From: an uncultured Verrucomicrobiae bacterium
GTDB lineage: Bacteria > Verrucomicrobiota > Verrucomicrobiia > Limisphaerales > JAFGQR01
Assembly (NCBI GenBank): GCA_963788655.1
Contig: CAWBHS010000072.1
Span: 409,250-473,249 of the forward strand
Direction of reading: 5' to 3'
Length of the DNA: 64,000 nucleotides
Shown here in pieces: positions 54,901-64,000 of the stretch (positions are counted from its first letter, which is position 1; every line of letters starts with the position of its first letter). Below the pieces are notes generated by a model. It was not told the origin of the DNA. It saw only the letters and a list, made by a program, of their open reading frames with translations, and made no database searches. The position numbers and the translations under genes are program-made.

Positions 54901-56364
54901 ATGCGCAGCTTCCAGAGACTTCAGATCAAGCGGCTCATGTTCCTTGTTCCCTGGCTTGCGGTGGGGTGTGGCTTGTCCGTTCAGGCGGCGGATTCCAGTC
55001 AGGCGTTTGTGCGAGTCAGCCCGCGGGACGCCCGGTATTTTGAGCTTTCGGATGGGCAACCGTACATTCCGATTGGATTGAATCTCATTGCGCCCGATGT
55101 CAGTGATCGCGGCGGTCCGGCGTCCGGCCTCAAGCGGATGGAGGAATGGATGCAAAGGCTCTCCGCGAACGGCGGCAATTACATTCGAGTTTGGCTCAGT
55201 TCGCCGTTTTGGGACGTGGAAGATGAGCACGCCGGGGTTTACGACTCAGTCAAAGCACAACGAATCGACGCCCTGGTGGCCCTGGCCCGGCAACACGGCA
55301 TTCGCATGAAACTGACCCTCGAACATTTTCGCTCCATCGACGGACCCCCCCGACAGCGCTGGGCGCACAAGCCGCTGCACCACGTGTCGCAAGGCGGCAC
55401 CGCAACCAACCTGGCGGATTTCTTCGCCGGGACGGCCAGCCGTGATCAGTTCAAGGGCAAGCTCGCTGGGTTGGCAAAACGATACGGTGACGAACCGGCC
55501 ATCTACGGTTGGGAGTTATGGAACGAAATCAATGCGGTGGCCACTCGCGAACAATACTTCATGCCGTGGACGGAGACCATGCTGGCCGAACTGCACCGGT
55601 TGTTTCCCCGCAACCTTGCGATGCAGAGTCTGGGCAGCTTCGACAACGCCGGGGTGCGCGACTTGTATCGGCGCCATAGTCTGCTTCCCGGAAACGACGT
55701 AGCGCAGGTTCACCGGTACCTGGATCTCGGCGCGCGCCTCGAGGTTTGTCACGGACCGGTGGATGTGCTGACGGCGGACGCAGTGCGCGAATTGTTGGCG
55801 TTTGACCCCAAGCGCCCGATCATTTTGGCCGAGAGCGGCGCGGTCGAACCGCGGCACAGCGGACCGTTCAAACTCTACGCCAAGGACAAGCACGGCCTGT
55901 TGTTGCACGACATTTTGTTTGCGCCGTTCTTTGCGGGCGCCGCCGGGCCGGGGCAGTGCTGGCATTGGGACAGTTACGTGGACCGCAATAATTTGTGGTT
56001 TCAATTTGGCCGTTTTGCCGCGGCGGTGAAAGACATTGACCCGCCGGCGGAACATTTTCAGCCGCTCATAATTTCGCATCCGCGGCTGCGGGTCTATGCC
56101 CTCAAAGGGACGCAGTGGGTGTTGCTCTGGTGCCGGGACACGGAGAACACCTGGCAAACCGAATTGGAGCAGGGGAAACCGCCCGAACTTTTGGAGAACC
56201 TGAAGCTGGACCTGGCAACGGTTTTGCCGCCGGGCGGGGCAACATCGGTGAGGATTTACGATCCTTGGAATGACCATTGGCAGGAAGTCAAACCTGACGG
56301 GACCATGCTAACCTTGCCCGCGTTCTCGCGGTCGGTGGTCGTGCGAGTGAAGGTGGCGAAGTAG
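54901..56364 (+). CDS. secreted GH5-like (clan GH-A) glycoside hydrolase
   Basis: Signal peptide; YIPIGLN, GGNYIRVW, WELWNE acid/base, QVHRY, ILAESG nucleophile. Confidence 0.8.
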   Translation: MRSFQRLQIKRLMFLVPWLAVGCGLSVQAADSSQAFVRVSPRDARYFELSDGQPYIPIGLNLIAPDVSDRGGPASGLKRMEEWMQRLSANGGNYIRVWLSSPFWDVEDEHAGVYDSVKAQRIDALVALARQHGIRMKLTLEHFRSIDGPPRQRWAHKPLHHVSQGGTATNLADFFAGTASRDQFKGKLAGLAKRYGDEPAIYGWELWNEINAVATREQYFMPWTETMLAELHRLFPRNLAMQSLGSFDNAGVRDLYRRHSLLPGNDVAQVHRYLDLGARLEVCHGPVDVLTADAVRELLAFDPKRPIILAESGAVEPRHSGPFKLYAKDKHGLLLHDILFAPFFAGAAGPGQCWHWDSYVDRNNLWFQFGRFAAAVKDIDPPAEHFQPLIISHPRLRVYALKGTQWVLLWCRDTENTWQTELEQGKPPELLENLKLDLATVLPPGGATSVRIYDPWNDHWQEVKPDGTMLTLPAFSRSVVVRVKVAK

Positions 56365-56383
56365 TTTACATCCACGAAAATTG

Positions 56384-56472
56384 GTAGCAGCCGACGTGAG
56401 GAGGCTCACTTCTCCGAATCGATAACACTCTTCCCAATCAATAAAACAGAGCCTCCTCACATCGGCTGTTAC
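56384..56472. repeat. REP-like family B inverted pair between convergent genes
   Basis: GTAGCAGCCGACGTGAGGAGGCTC / GAGCCTCCTCACATCGGCTGTTAC. Confidence 0.8.
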
Positions 56473-56483
56473 CACGGATAAAG

Positions 56484-58090
56484 TCATTGTATCCTCACGG
56501 CTTTTCGGGCCACACCTTCGGCGGTCAGCACTTTCTTTTTGGCGCCCGAGAGTTCATTGGCGAGGAGGGTGATTCGCTGGCTGGATTTGCCGGCGACGTG
56601 CAGGAACGCGGCGGCATTTTCCGGGCAGCGGCAGCCATGGATGCAAGCGTCTTGCACTGCATCGAAACGGAGGACCGGCGCGGTATTGGAAATGGTAGTG
56701 GCGCGCCAGCCGAACACGTCCAGGTCCTGAACATCTTCGCAAACCAAGGAAGGCCGTTGGTCCGGTTGCCCGCTGCCCACACTGACATTGCGCAGATTCA
56801 GTCCGCGCAAATGGCGGCAGAACAAACCGTAAGCCGGGAGTGCCCCGAACATTTTATACTCCGGATACTTGTCGGCGTTTTCGGGAACGGTTCTTTCCGC
56901 ATCCTCGGTGGTGCCATCGCCGGCAAAGCTGAGCCGGATGTTTTCCAGCGTGATGTTTTCCGCCGGATATGCTCCGGCAAACCGGTGATGGAACAACCCG
57001 TTCGATCCGCGCCGGTGGCTTGCACCCCGCAGATACTGACGTTGCGCAAACGGCCCAGCCCCGGCTGTTCCATACCCTTCTTGAACGGTCGAGCCCGGTT
57101 GCCCAACCGAACAAACAACGGTCCCCGGACATTGCGCATGGTGACGTTGGCAATGCTCACCCCATCCAGCACCCCGCCATCGACCAGTTCGAGTGCGATG
57201 CCGGCCAGTCGCGTGTCGTATAGGGTGCAATTGCTGAGGGCGATGTTTTCAAAACCGCCGTTGGATTCGGTGCCGAGCTTGAAGGCGTTGCAGTCGCTGC
57301 TAAGGGTGCAGTTGGTGATGACCACGTTTTTGCAGGGACGGTCCAGGGTACTTTTGAGCACGATGGCGTCATCGCCGGAACGAATGCTGCAGTTGGCAAT
57401 CCGCACGCGTTCGCAACCGTCCACGTCCAGGCCGTCGTTGTTGGCGTTGCAGCGGCTGTTCACCGTAATCCCATCGATCAATACGTCTTCGCACGCAAGA
57501 TAATGTTGCACCCACATCGGAGAGTCTTTCAGGGTAATGTTCTTGACCGAGACGTTCCGGCACGAAACCAGACGTATCAGGTAGGGCCGCACTTTGTAAG
57601 AGCCCTTGAAGGCGGCTCCCCGGCCATCAATAAGGCCGTGGCCCTCGATTACCGCAGACTCCAGGTTTTCTCCATAGAGCAGACTGCGCTCGGTATAGTT
57701 GTCCGTGTAGGAGCGCAGCTTGGGAACGCGAACCGGATAGTCATCGAGATTGCGACTACCCAGGAGGACGGCGCCATTTTCCAGCCGCAGCGTGACGTGG
57801 CTTTTCAGGAACAAGGTTCCGGTAAGGTACTGGCCGGACGGAATACAAACCGTACCCCCGCCGGCGTGGGCGCAGGCATCAATGGCCTTTTGGAGCGGCA
57901 AAGTGTCCATCGTGGTGCCGTCGCCCGCAGCCTCGAAATCGCGCACATTGAAATAGCTGTCCTTGGAGGTTTCAGGTGCGGCGGCCACGGTAGCAGGGGA
58001 GAGCGCCAAAGCCGCTCCACCCAATCCGGCCAACTGGCCGAGGAATTGGCGACGATGAGAAATGGGGTTGAGGGAGTTATTGGTTTTCAT
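56484..58090 (-). CDS. Tat-exported GH28 polygalacturonase-like protein, frameshift near 56960
   Basis: HRRQFLG signal; NVRDF.A.GDG, NNDGLD, GDDAIVLKS, KLGTES; then YPEYKMFG.LPAYG in frame of ORF 56484..57230. Confidence 0.9.
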
Positions 58091-58285
58091 GGTTTAAAAC
58101 GTGCACCGAGTATTGACCGGACCGGCTAAACCCGCAAGCAAAGGAGAATCCGGCTGTTGACTAACACAATGACTTGATGCGCGCGCGCTTGTGCGCTACT
58201 TGTGTGTTGATCAATGTCAGTTGAAACCTTAAACGTGATGATCTTACAGCACGACAAATCAAATTCGATAACCCGCTCCGTGGTG

Positions 58286-59254
58286 ATGTTCCAGCGTATC
58301 AATAGACCAAAACTGAACGCGTTGTTCAACGGGCACCGATGGCAGGCCCTAGCGGTCGCGGTGATGCTTTTGTCCGGGGGGATGGGAAGGCTCGGCGCCG
58401 CCACGATCCCCGTTCCCAACGGTTCGTTCGAGTCGCCCGTGACGGATTTTGCCTGGCCGGATATCGATGACTGGCAAAAATCGGCCAAACCGGTCTGGTG
58501 GGATGATGAGGTATATCCGTGGTATCAAGAGACCGGTTTGTTTTACAATTACGATCCCGTCGGGATGACCAATTACATCGACAACGCTGATGGCAATCAG
58601 GTGATGTTTTTGTTTTCCGTGCCGGAGGTGGCGGTGTTCCAAGATTACGAAACTATCGGCGGGACCAACACGGCCCCAACGCACGCCTTCGACGCGCAAT
58701 ACCAAGTGGGTAACTCTTACCAATTGACCGTCGGGGTGGTCAACAGCCAAGCGCAGCCGCCCATGGAAGGCGCGACATTGGAGGCGAGTCTGTATTACTT
58801 GGACGCAGAAACCAATCGGGTAACGGTTGCCGCCACGACCGTAGTGTACAGCGCCGCCACGTTCAGCAATACCACGCAATTGCTCGATTACCAGGTGAAC
58901 GTGCCGGCCGTGCAACCGGACGATCCTTGGGCGGGGCGCTACCTCGGAATTCAGTTCCTTGCCACTGTCGGCTTTGAGTCGCAGGGTGGCGTTTGGGATC
59001 TCGACAACGTTCGCTTGCTCGAATTCGGTCCGCCAAGTTTACGTGCCTTGGGCCGGACCAACGGTGTGTTCAAACTCGAGTTGGACAGCCAGCCCGGATT
59101 GGAATTTGAAATCCTGGCCAGCCCCGATCTCACGGAGCCGCTTGCCAATTGGACCAGCCTGGGAACCATCACCAATACCTCGGGGACCGCCGTCTTCCCC
59201 GACGAAGAAACCGGTTTCAGTCAACGTTTCTACCGGGCGCGTCAAGTGCCTTGA
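58286..59254 (+). CDS. secreted beta-sandwich protein with C-terminal ...RFYR domain
   Basis: Signal peptide then [16 protein letters not shown] (carbohydrate-binding-like fold); ends [23 protein letters not shown]; start uncertain. Confidence 0.75.
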   Translation: MFQRINRPKLNALFNGHRWQALAVAVMLLSGGMGRLGAATIPVPNGSFESPVTDFAWPDIDDWQKSAKPVWWDDEVYPWYQETGLFYNYDPVGMTNYIDNADGNQVMFLFSVPEVAVFQDYETIGGTNTAPTHAFDAQYQVGNSYQLTVGVVNSQAQPPMEGATLEASLYYLDAETNRVTVAATTVVYSAATFSNTTQLLDYQVNVPAVQPDDPWAGRYLGIQFLATVGFESQGGVWDLDNVRLLEFGPPSLRALGRTNGVFKLELDSQPGLEFEILASPDLTEPLANWTSLGTITNTSGTAVFPDEETGFSQRFYRARQVP

Positions 59255-60093
59255 ACCTGAAGCCCGACCTGTTTGTGCTGCCGCTGCCGCCAACCTTGCT
59301 GAACGGAAATCCAAGCGTTCTTTCGCGCTCTCGCCGTGCTTTCACGCTGCTTGAATTGCTGGTGGTGGTGGCGGTCGTGGGCCTGCTGGCGGCGTTGCTG
59401 CTTCCCGCGCTGGCGTCAGCAAAAGCTGCGGGCCTGCGGGTAGCTTGCATCTCCAATCTGCGGCAGATGGGCCTGGCCCTCCATCTCTATGCCGACGACC
59501 ATGACGGCAGTATTCCGATCGGTCCGAAGGCGCCGCCCTTCACCAGTCCCTCCAGCTTCTATCCGTCCACCGGCGCACCGACCAGCCTGCTTTCGCTCCA
59601 GACCGGCGCGCCGGTCGGGCTCGGACTGTTGTTGGAGCATTATCTGGCGGATATGCCCAAGGTCTTATTTTGTCCGGGCAGCGATCAGTCTGTGGATGCG
59701 GAGTCCGAACTGGGAAAAGTGGGCGTTCGTCAGGCGCAGGGCAGTTACTATTATCGCCACGCCGGCAATACCCGGATGTCGGACCGGCCCACCGTGGCGG
59801 TGCCCCTCAGCATTCCGATTCATAACCTCGGCACCAACCGCAACGGCTTGAAGATTCGCGCCCTGGCCATCGACACACAATTCCTGAGTCCACCCAGTTT
59901 GGCGACGTTCGGCGTGAAGACCCGCACGCATCACCAGCAGGCGTTTGTCAACGTATTGTTCGCCGACGGCAGCGCGGCTTCCCGTGACAATCGTGATGGC
60001 CGGTTCACGATGGATTTTCGCAACTACGGCGGCATTTACGACGCCTTTGGCAAAATCCTCGGCGTGCTGGAACAAGCGGACGCGGAGCCGTGA
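59251..60093 (+). CDS. prepilin-type N-terminal cleavage/methylation protein, H-X9-DG (DUF1559-like) family
   Basis: [57 protein letters not shown] start overlaps upstream TGA. Confidence 0.88.
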   Translation: MNLKPDLFVLPLPPTLLNGNPSVLSRSRRAFTLLELLVVVAVVGLLAALLLPALASAKAAGLRVACISNLRQMGLALHLYADDHDGSIPIGPKAPPFTSPSSFYPSTGAPTSLLSLQTGAPVGLGLLLEHYLADMPKVLFCPGSDQSVDAESELGKVGVRQAQGSYYYRHAGNTRMSDRPTVAVPLSIPIHNLGTNRNGLKIRALAIDTQFLSPPSLATFGVKTRTHHQQAFVNVLFADGSAASRDNRDGRFTMDFRNYGGIYDAFGKILGVLEQADAEP

Positions 60094-60265
60094 AAGACGA
60101 ATCCGCGTAAAAACGGTCCGTAATCTCACCTTCGTTTTCCGGACCGACTGCTCCTACAGACCACGCCCAACAAGGTCTGTTCCCGTGGCAATCGATGCCG
60201 TGCCAACACGCTAGCTGCGGTCCATGCGCGCCAGGAACTCAGTGGTTCGATTGCTGCGTTTGGTA

Positions 60266-62416
60266 TCAATCGGTCTTGATCTTCACATCGCGCAGGCTGC
60301 GTACGACCGCGCCCGTATTATCCTTCAGTTGCGCCACGAGGGTGTATTCGCCTGGAGCCTTGGGCGTCGTGCGGACGAATCTGAGCACATCCCGACCGAG
60401 CGCGGGCACGGGGGCCTTCTGGGATTGGGTGGCCAAAGTCTTGCCGTCTTTCGTTAGAGAAAGCTCAACGGTTCCTTCCCAGTCTTGGTAGAGGTCGTTG
60501 ATCACATAGACGTTGAACATCTGTTCCGTATTGGTGGGCAAAGTTTCGTCCCAGAAATCCAGCATCAGTCCGACGGGATTGAAGGCGTCGCGCACATATT
60601 GCTCGAAGAACGGTTCGAAGGTGAGCTGTTCCAGATCCAGAAAATGGTCGCTGGTCGCCCCGCCTTCTGGGCGCGGTTTGTCACCCGGCCGCGAATAACC
60701 CAGGCCGCAGAAATGCAGCACGCCCGCGCATTCGCGATGACAACGCCAAAACTCGGTGAGCGCCGCCAGGTAGCGGGCATACAACTTCCGACGCTGTTCC
60801 ACCGTCGAGTTGGGGCCGAGGAGGTTTTCATAGACCTTGTCCGTAAGGCTGGTGGGATTGCCGTCTCGCGTGAGCCACAGCCAGGCATATTCGTTGATGA
60901 CCATTGGCACCGGGAGCTGTTTTTGTCCGCCGTTCAAGCTGGGAACGCCCGACAAGTGTGCCAGTTCGCTCAGACGAAAGGGTTTGTTGCTCGACCAGTC
61001 GCGAATGAATAAATACGGGTGCGCTTCGACGCAATCGATGAGGCTCTGCGGGGCCGCCCAGCCGTTTTCCCAGGGACGGTTGGAGCGATCCATCGACCGC
61101 ACCGCTTCCAGGGCTTTGCCGGTTTCGGCGGTGTTGCTCTCGTTCTGCGCGTCCCAAATCACCACGCACGGATGATTCCAACGTTCCCGCATCCATTCGG
61201 TGTATTCGGGAATGATCTTGGCAGCCTGCGGGTTTTCCGGCGCCTTGCCGAGCAGCCAGATGGGAAACTCGTCTTGGATCAGCATCCCCTCTTCGTCGGC
61301 AATGTCGTACCACCGTTCGGGCGGGAACCCGATGCAATACCGCAGCGCATTCCAGTGCATCGTCTTGAACATCCGGTGCAGCCGCCTCACCCATTCCGCG
61401 CGCCAGGGACGGTCCTTGCGCTCAGCGTCTTCGAAGAAGCGGTAAATTGTCACATTCGATCCGCGCAAAAAATACGGGCGCCCATTCAACATCGCCCGGC
61501 CCGAAGCCGCGTCGAAGGCGAACGAGCGCATGCCAAAACGCACTTGGGCGGCGTCCCCTTCGGTCCGCAATTTTACCATGTACAAAAATGGATTTTCGGG
61601 CGACCACAACTGGCAGTCCTCAATGGGCAGCGTGAGGTCCAGTAAACGCGTCTCGCCCGTCGTGATGGGCGTGGTGGTGATGGTCCCCGTGGCGACCTGC
61701 CGGCCGGAGGCGGCTTCCTCCACAATCACGTCCAGCTTGCCCGCTACAGTTGTGGTGGTCGCCTGGAGTTCGGCCAGCACGCGAACCCGTCGTAGGGAAA
61801 CGTCCGGCACGGTTTGGACATTGGCGAGGTATGCTTCGCCGGTCAGAATCAATTCGACCGAATCATAGATGCCGGGGAGGAATCGATATTTTTCAAAGTC
61901 CCAACCCGTCGGCATGTCTGGGGGCAGGTTCTCGCGATTGGCGCCCACTCGGATGATCAATTCGTTCTCCGCGCCATCGCTTTTGAGGAACGGTTTCAGA
62001 TCGAAGTAGCCCGGCGTGAAGCAAGGCAGGTGTTCACCGGCAAGTTGCCCATTCAGCCAGACCTTGGTTCCGTATTTGGCTTTATTGACTTTCAACCGGG
62101 CCACCGCAGGGACCGGGCCTTCCAACTTGAACGTCCGCCGATACCAGAAGGCCTGGCGCAGCGCGTTGGACATGCCTACGTCTGTAAACGCCGGTTCCGC
62201 CATGTCCAGCAGCCCCGGCACTGCCACCTGATGGGAAAAGGACTTTGGCGCCGCGTCCATGGTGCCTTGCTCCACCTGCCATACGCCGTCCAGGGAAAGG
62301 GATTCTCGGGGAGCCAGGGCTTGCAGCGAAGCGAGTGCGGGCATTGTCATGGCGCCAAGCGCAATTACGATGCTTAAAAGCCCAAGGAGATGTCGTGCGG
62401 TTTTCATAGTGTTCAT
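60266..62416 (-). CDS. secreted GH2-family glycoside hydrolase
   Basis: SLDGVW, WYRRTF, LWSPENPFLY, FGMRSF, LNGRPYFLRG, ADEEGMLIQDE, NHPCVVIW..NE, INEY. Confidence 0.9.
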   Translation of the reverse strand: MNTMKTARHLLGLLSIVIALGAMTMPALASLQALAPRESLSLDGVWQVEQGTMDAAPKSFSHQVAVPGLLDMAEPAFTDVGMSNALRQAFWYRRTFKLEGPVPAVARLKVNKAKYGTKVWLNGQLAGEHLPCFTPGYFDLKPFLKSDGAENELIIRVGANRENLPPDMPTGWDFEKYRFLPGIYDSVELILTGEAYLANVQTVPDVSLRRVRVLAELQATTTTVAGKLDVIVEEAASGRQVATGTITTTPITTGETRLLDLTLPIEDCQLWSPENPFLYMVKLRTEGDAAQVRFGMRSFAFDAASGRAMLNGRPYFLRGSNVTIYRFFEDAERKDRPWRAEWVRRLHRMFKTMHWNALRYCIGFPPERWYDIADEEGMLIQDEFPIWLLGKAPENPQAAKIIPEYTEWMRERWNHPCVVIWDAQNESNTAETGKALEAVRSMDRSNRPWENGWAAPQSLIDCVEAHPYLFIRDWSSNKPFRLSELAHLSGVPSLNGGQKQLPVPMVINEYAWLWLTRDGNPTSLTDKVYENLLGPNSTVEQRRKLYARYLAALTEFWRCHRECAGVLHFCGLGYSRPGDKPRPEGGATSDHFLDLEQLTFEPFFEQYVRDAFNPVGLMLDFWDETLPTNTEQMFNVYVINDLYQDWEGTVELSLTKDGKTLATQSQKAPVPALGRDVLRFVRTTPKAPGEYTLVAQLKDNTGAVVRSLRDVKIKTD

Positions 62417-62506
62417 CAAAATGTGCTGGTGGGTTCAGGATAGATGATTGATCCACCGGGACGAGCAGTTTCTTGCGGGTGGCATTGACGCGACGTAGCG
62501 CGAATT

Positions 62507-63986
62507 GCGCCAAAAGTATTGTTACCCGGGAGGGGGGGTGAGATCGGGAGAAATGATCCGTTGTGCCAGAAGTTACTGTGACCGTGGCCGGAATGGATAA
62601 AACGATGAGTCAGCGGACCCGGGAAGAAGTAATCACGAAGCTGCGAGGGCGTTACCAAAGCGCCGGCGCCGAACACAAACGCAAGCTGCTGGATCAAGCG
62701 CAAGCGGTGCTGGGCTACCATCGCAAGTCGGCGATCCGATCCTTACGCGCCCCGACGGTGGAACGTGGGCCCCGGATTATTACGGGGCGACCCACGAGTT
62801 ACGAACCGGGGGTCTTGCTGCCCTGGCTACGACCGATCTGGGCGGCCACCGACTAGGCGTGCGGCCAGCGCCTGGTGGCGATGTTGCCGGAGTGGATTCC
62901 GGCGTATGAACCGGATGAACGGCGGCTGCCCCCCGAAGTGCGGGAGAAACTTTTGGCCGCCAGCGGACGGACCCTGGACCGGTTGCTGGCGCCGTTGCGC
63001 GGTCAGGGCTCCGGGCGTTCGTTGACGCGGCCGGGCACGTTACTGCGCCAGCAGATTCCCATTCGCGGCAGCGTGTGGGAGGACGGCAAGGCCGGTTGGC
63101 TGGAGGTCGATACGGTGGCGCTGTGTGGGGGCAGCGTGGCGGGGGAGTTTGTGTGGATGGTTGACGGCGTGGATTACGCGACGACGTGGGTGGCGGTGCG
63201 GGCGATCTGGGGACGGGGCCAGGCGGGCACGCTGGCCGCGTTGCGCGATGTGGAAGCCAGCCTGCCCTTTGCGTTGCTGGGTTTGGACAGTGACAATGGG
63301 GGTGAGTTTTTGAATTACCACGTGTTGCGTTGGCTGCAGCGACGCAAGCGACCGGTGTTCATGACCCGCAGCCGGCCCTACCAGAAAAATGACAATGCGC
63401 ATGTCGAGCAGAAGAACTGGACGCATATTCGCCAATGCTTTGGGTATGAGCGGCATGACAATCCGGAGGTTGTGGAGTTGATCAACGTGCTGGTCAAGGG
63501 CGCGTATGGTCAGTTGCTAAACTACTTTCACGCCAGCTTGAAGTTGGAACGTAAGGAGCGCACGGAGGGCCGGGTACGACGCATTTACGGCAAGGCCCAA
63601 ACGCCGTTGGCCCGGGTCTTGGCCAGTGCCGAGGTCACCGCGAAAACCAAGCGACGTTTGGAGCAGGAGAAGGCCGGCTTGAATCCCTTTGCGCTCAAGC
63701 GTGAGGTCGCTCGGAGTTTGAAGAAGATTGCCTCCCTGCGCCGAGCGCGCGCTTGAACTGTGAATAACTCGCCCCCCCCATACCCCCCCTTTGGGCCGTC
63801 CGTTGGCGACCGCAGGGGGGCGCGAGCTAGGGGCTCGCAGCCCGCCCCCCTGCTCGTTTTAACTTGCAATCGAACATCCCAAAACCTACAGAGAACCAGA
63901 ACAGTTAACAACAAAACGTGAGCCATCGGGTAACACCCCTTTTGGCACAACGAATCACCTTCCCGGGTAACAGTTACTTTTGGCAC
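62507..63986 (+). mobile_element. insertion sequence with rve-type DDE transposase (ISNCY-like); ends approximate
   Basis: Imperfect inverted ends GCGCCAAAAGTA-TTGTTACCCGGGA vs reverse complement GTGCCAAAAGTAACTGTTACCCGGGA, with a second subterminal copy at each end. Confidence 0.8.
62593..63756 (+). pseudogene. rve/DDE transposase with in-frame TAG at 62854-62856
   Basis: LGYHRKSAIR HTH region; EVDTV, DSDNGGEF, RSRPY.KNDNAHVEQKN; ORFs 62563..62856 and 62875..63756 share a frame. Confidence 0.85.
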
Positions 63987-64000
63987 GCGGCGGCTGCTTT

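Noticed and set aside
62854..62856. Stop-codon recoding of TAG
   Set aside because: TAG terminates several normal genes here (2686, 41928, 56364); a point mutation or error is simpler

Overview
GC-rich bacterial DNA. The C-terminal ...FYR sorting-like domains, the H-X9-DG prepilin gene and the repeat families suggest Verrucomicrobiota, but this is inference. Most of the window is a large glycan-degradation region: six Cys-type sulfatases; GH2, GH5-like, GH16, GH28, GH31, GH78-like, GH106, GH172/DUF2961 and six-hairpin glycosidases; an MFS sugar-acid transporter divergent from an XylR-type regulator; and Tat-exported Gfo/Idh/MocA and FAD oxidoreductases. Accessory elements are an EcoRV-like type II restriction-modification pair, a 272-bp IS5-like MITE, an rve-type IS with an internal stop, a decayed AlbA_2/Schlafen gene and a dense set of REP-like palindromes. 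Best candidate for an undescribed system: a probable single-polypeptide MocD-like di-iron oxygenase + Rieske ferredoxin + NqrF-like reductase fusion (24186-26439), possibly a self-sufficient sugar O-demethylase. Also notable are a C-terminal domain shared by three unrelated secreted proteins, a duplicated leaderless promoter + signal-peptide module on two different sulfatases, and a REP copy read in frame inside a protease gene. Many genes carry single-base frameshifts that look like long-read consensus errors, so gene models were joined across frames by eye. No rRNA, tRNA or CRISPR array was seen.
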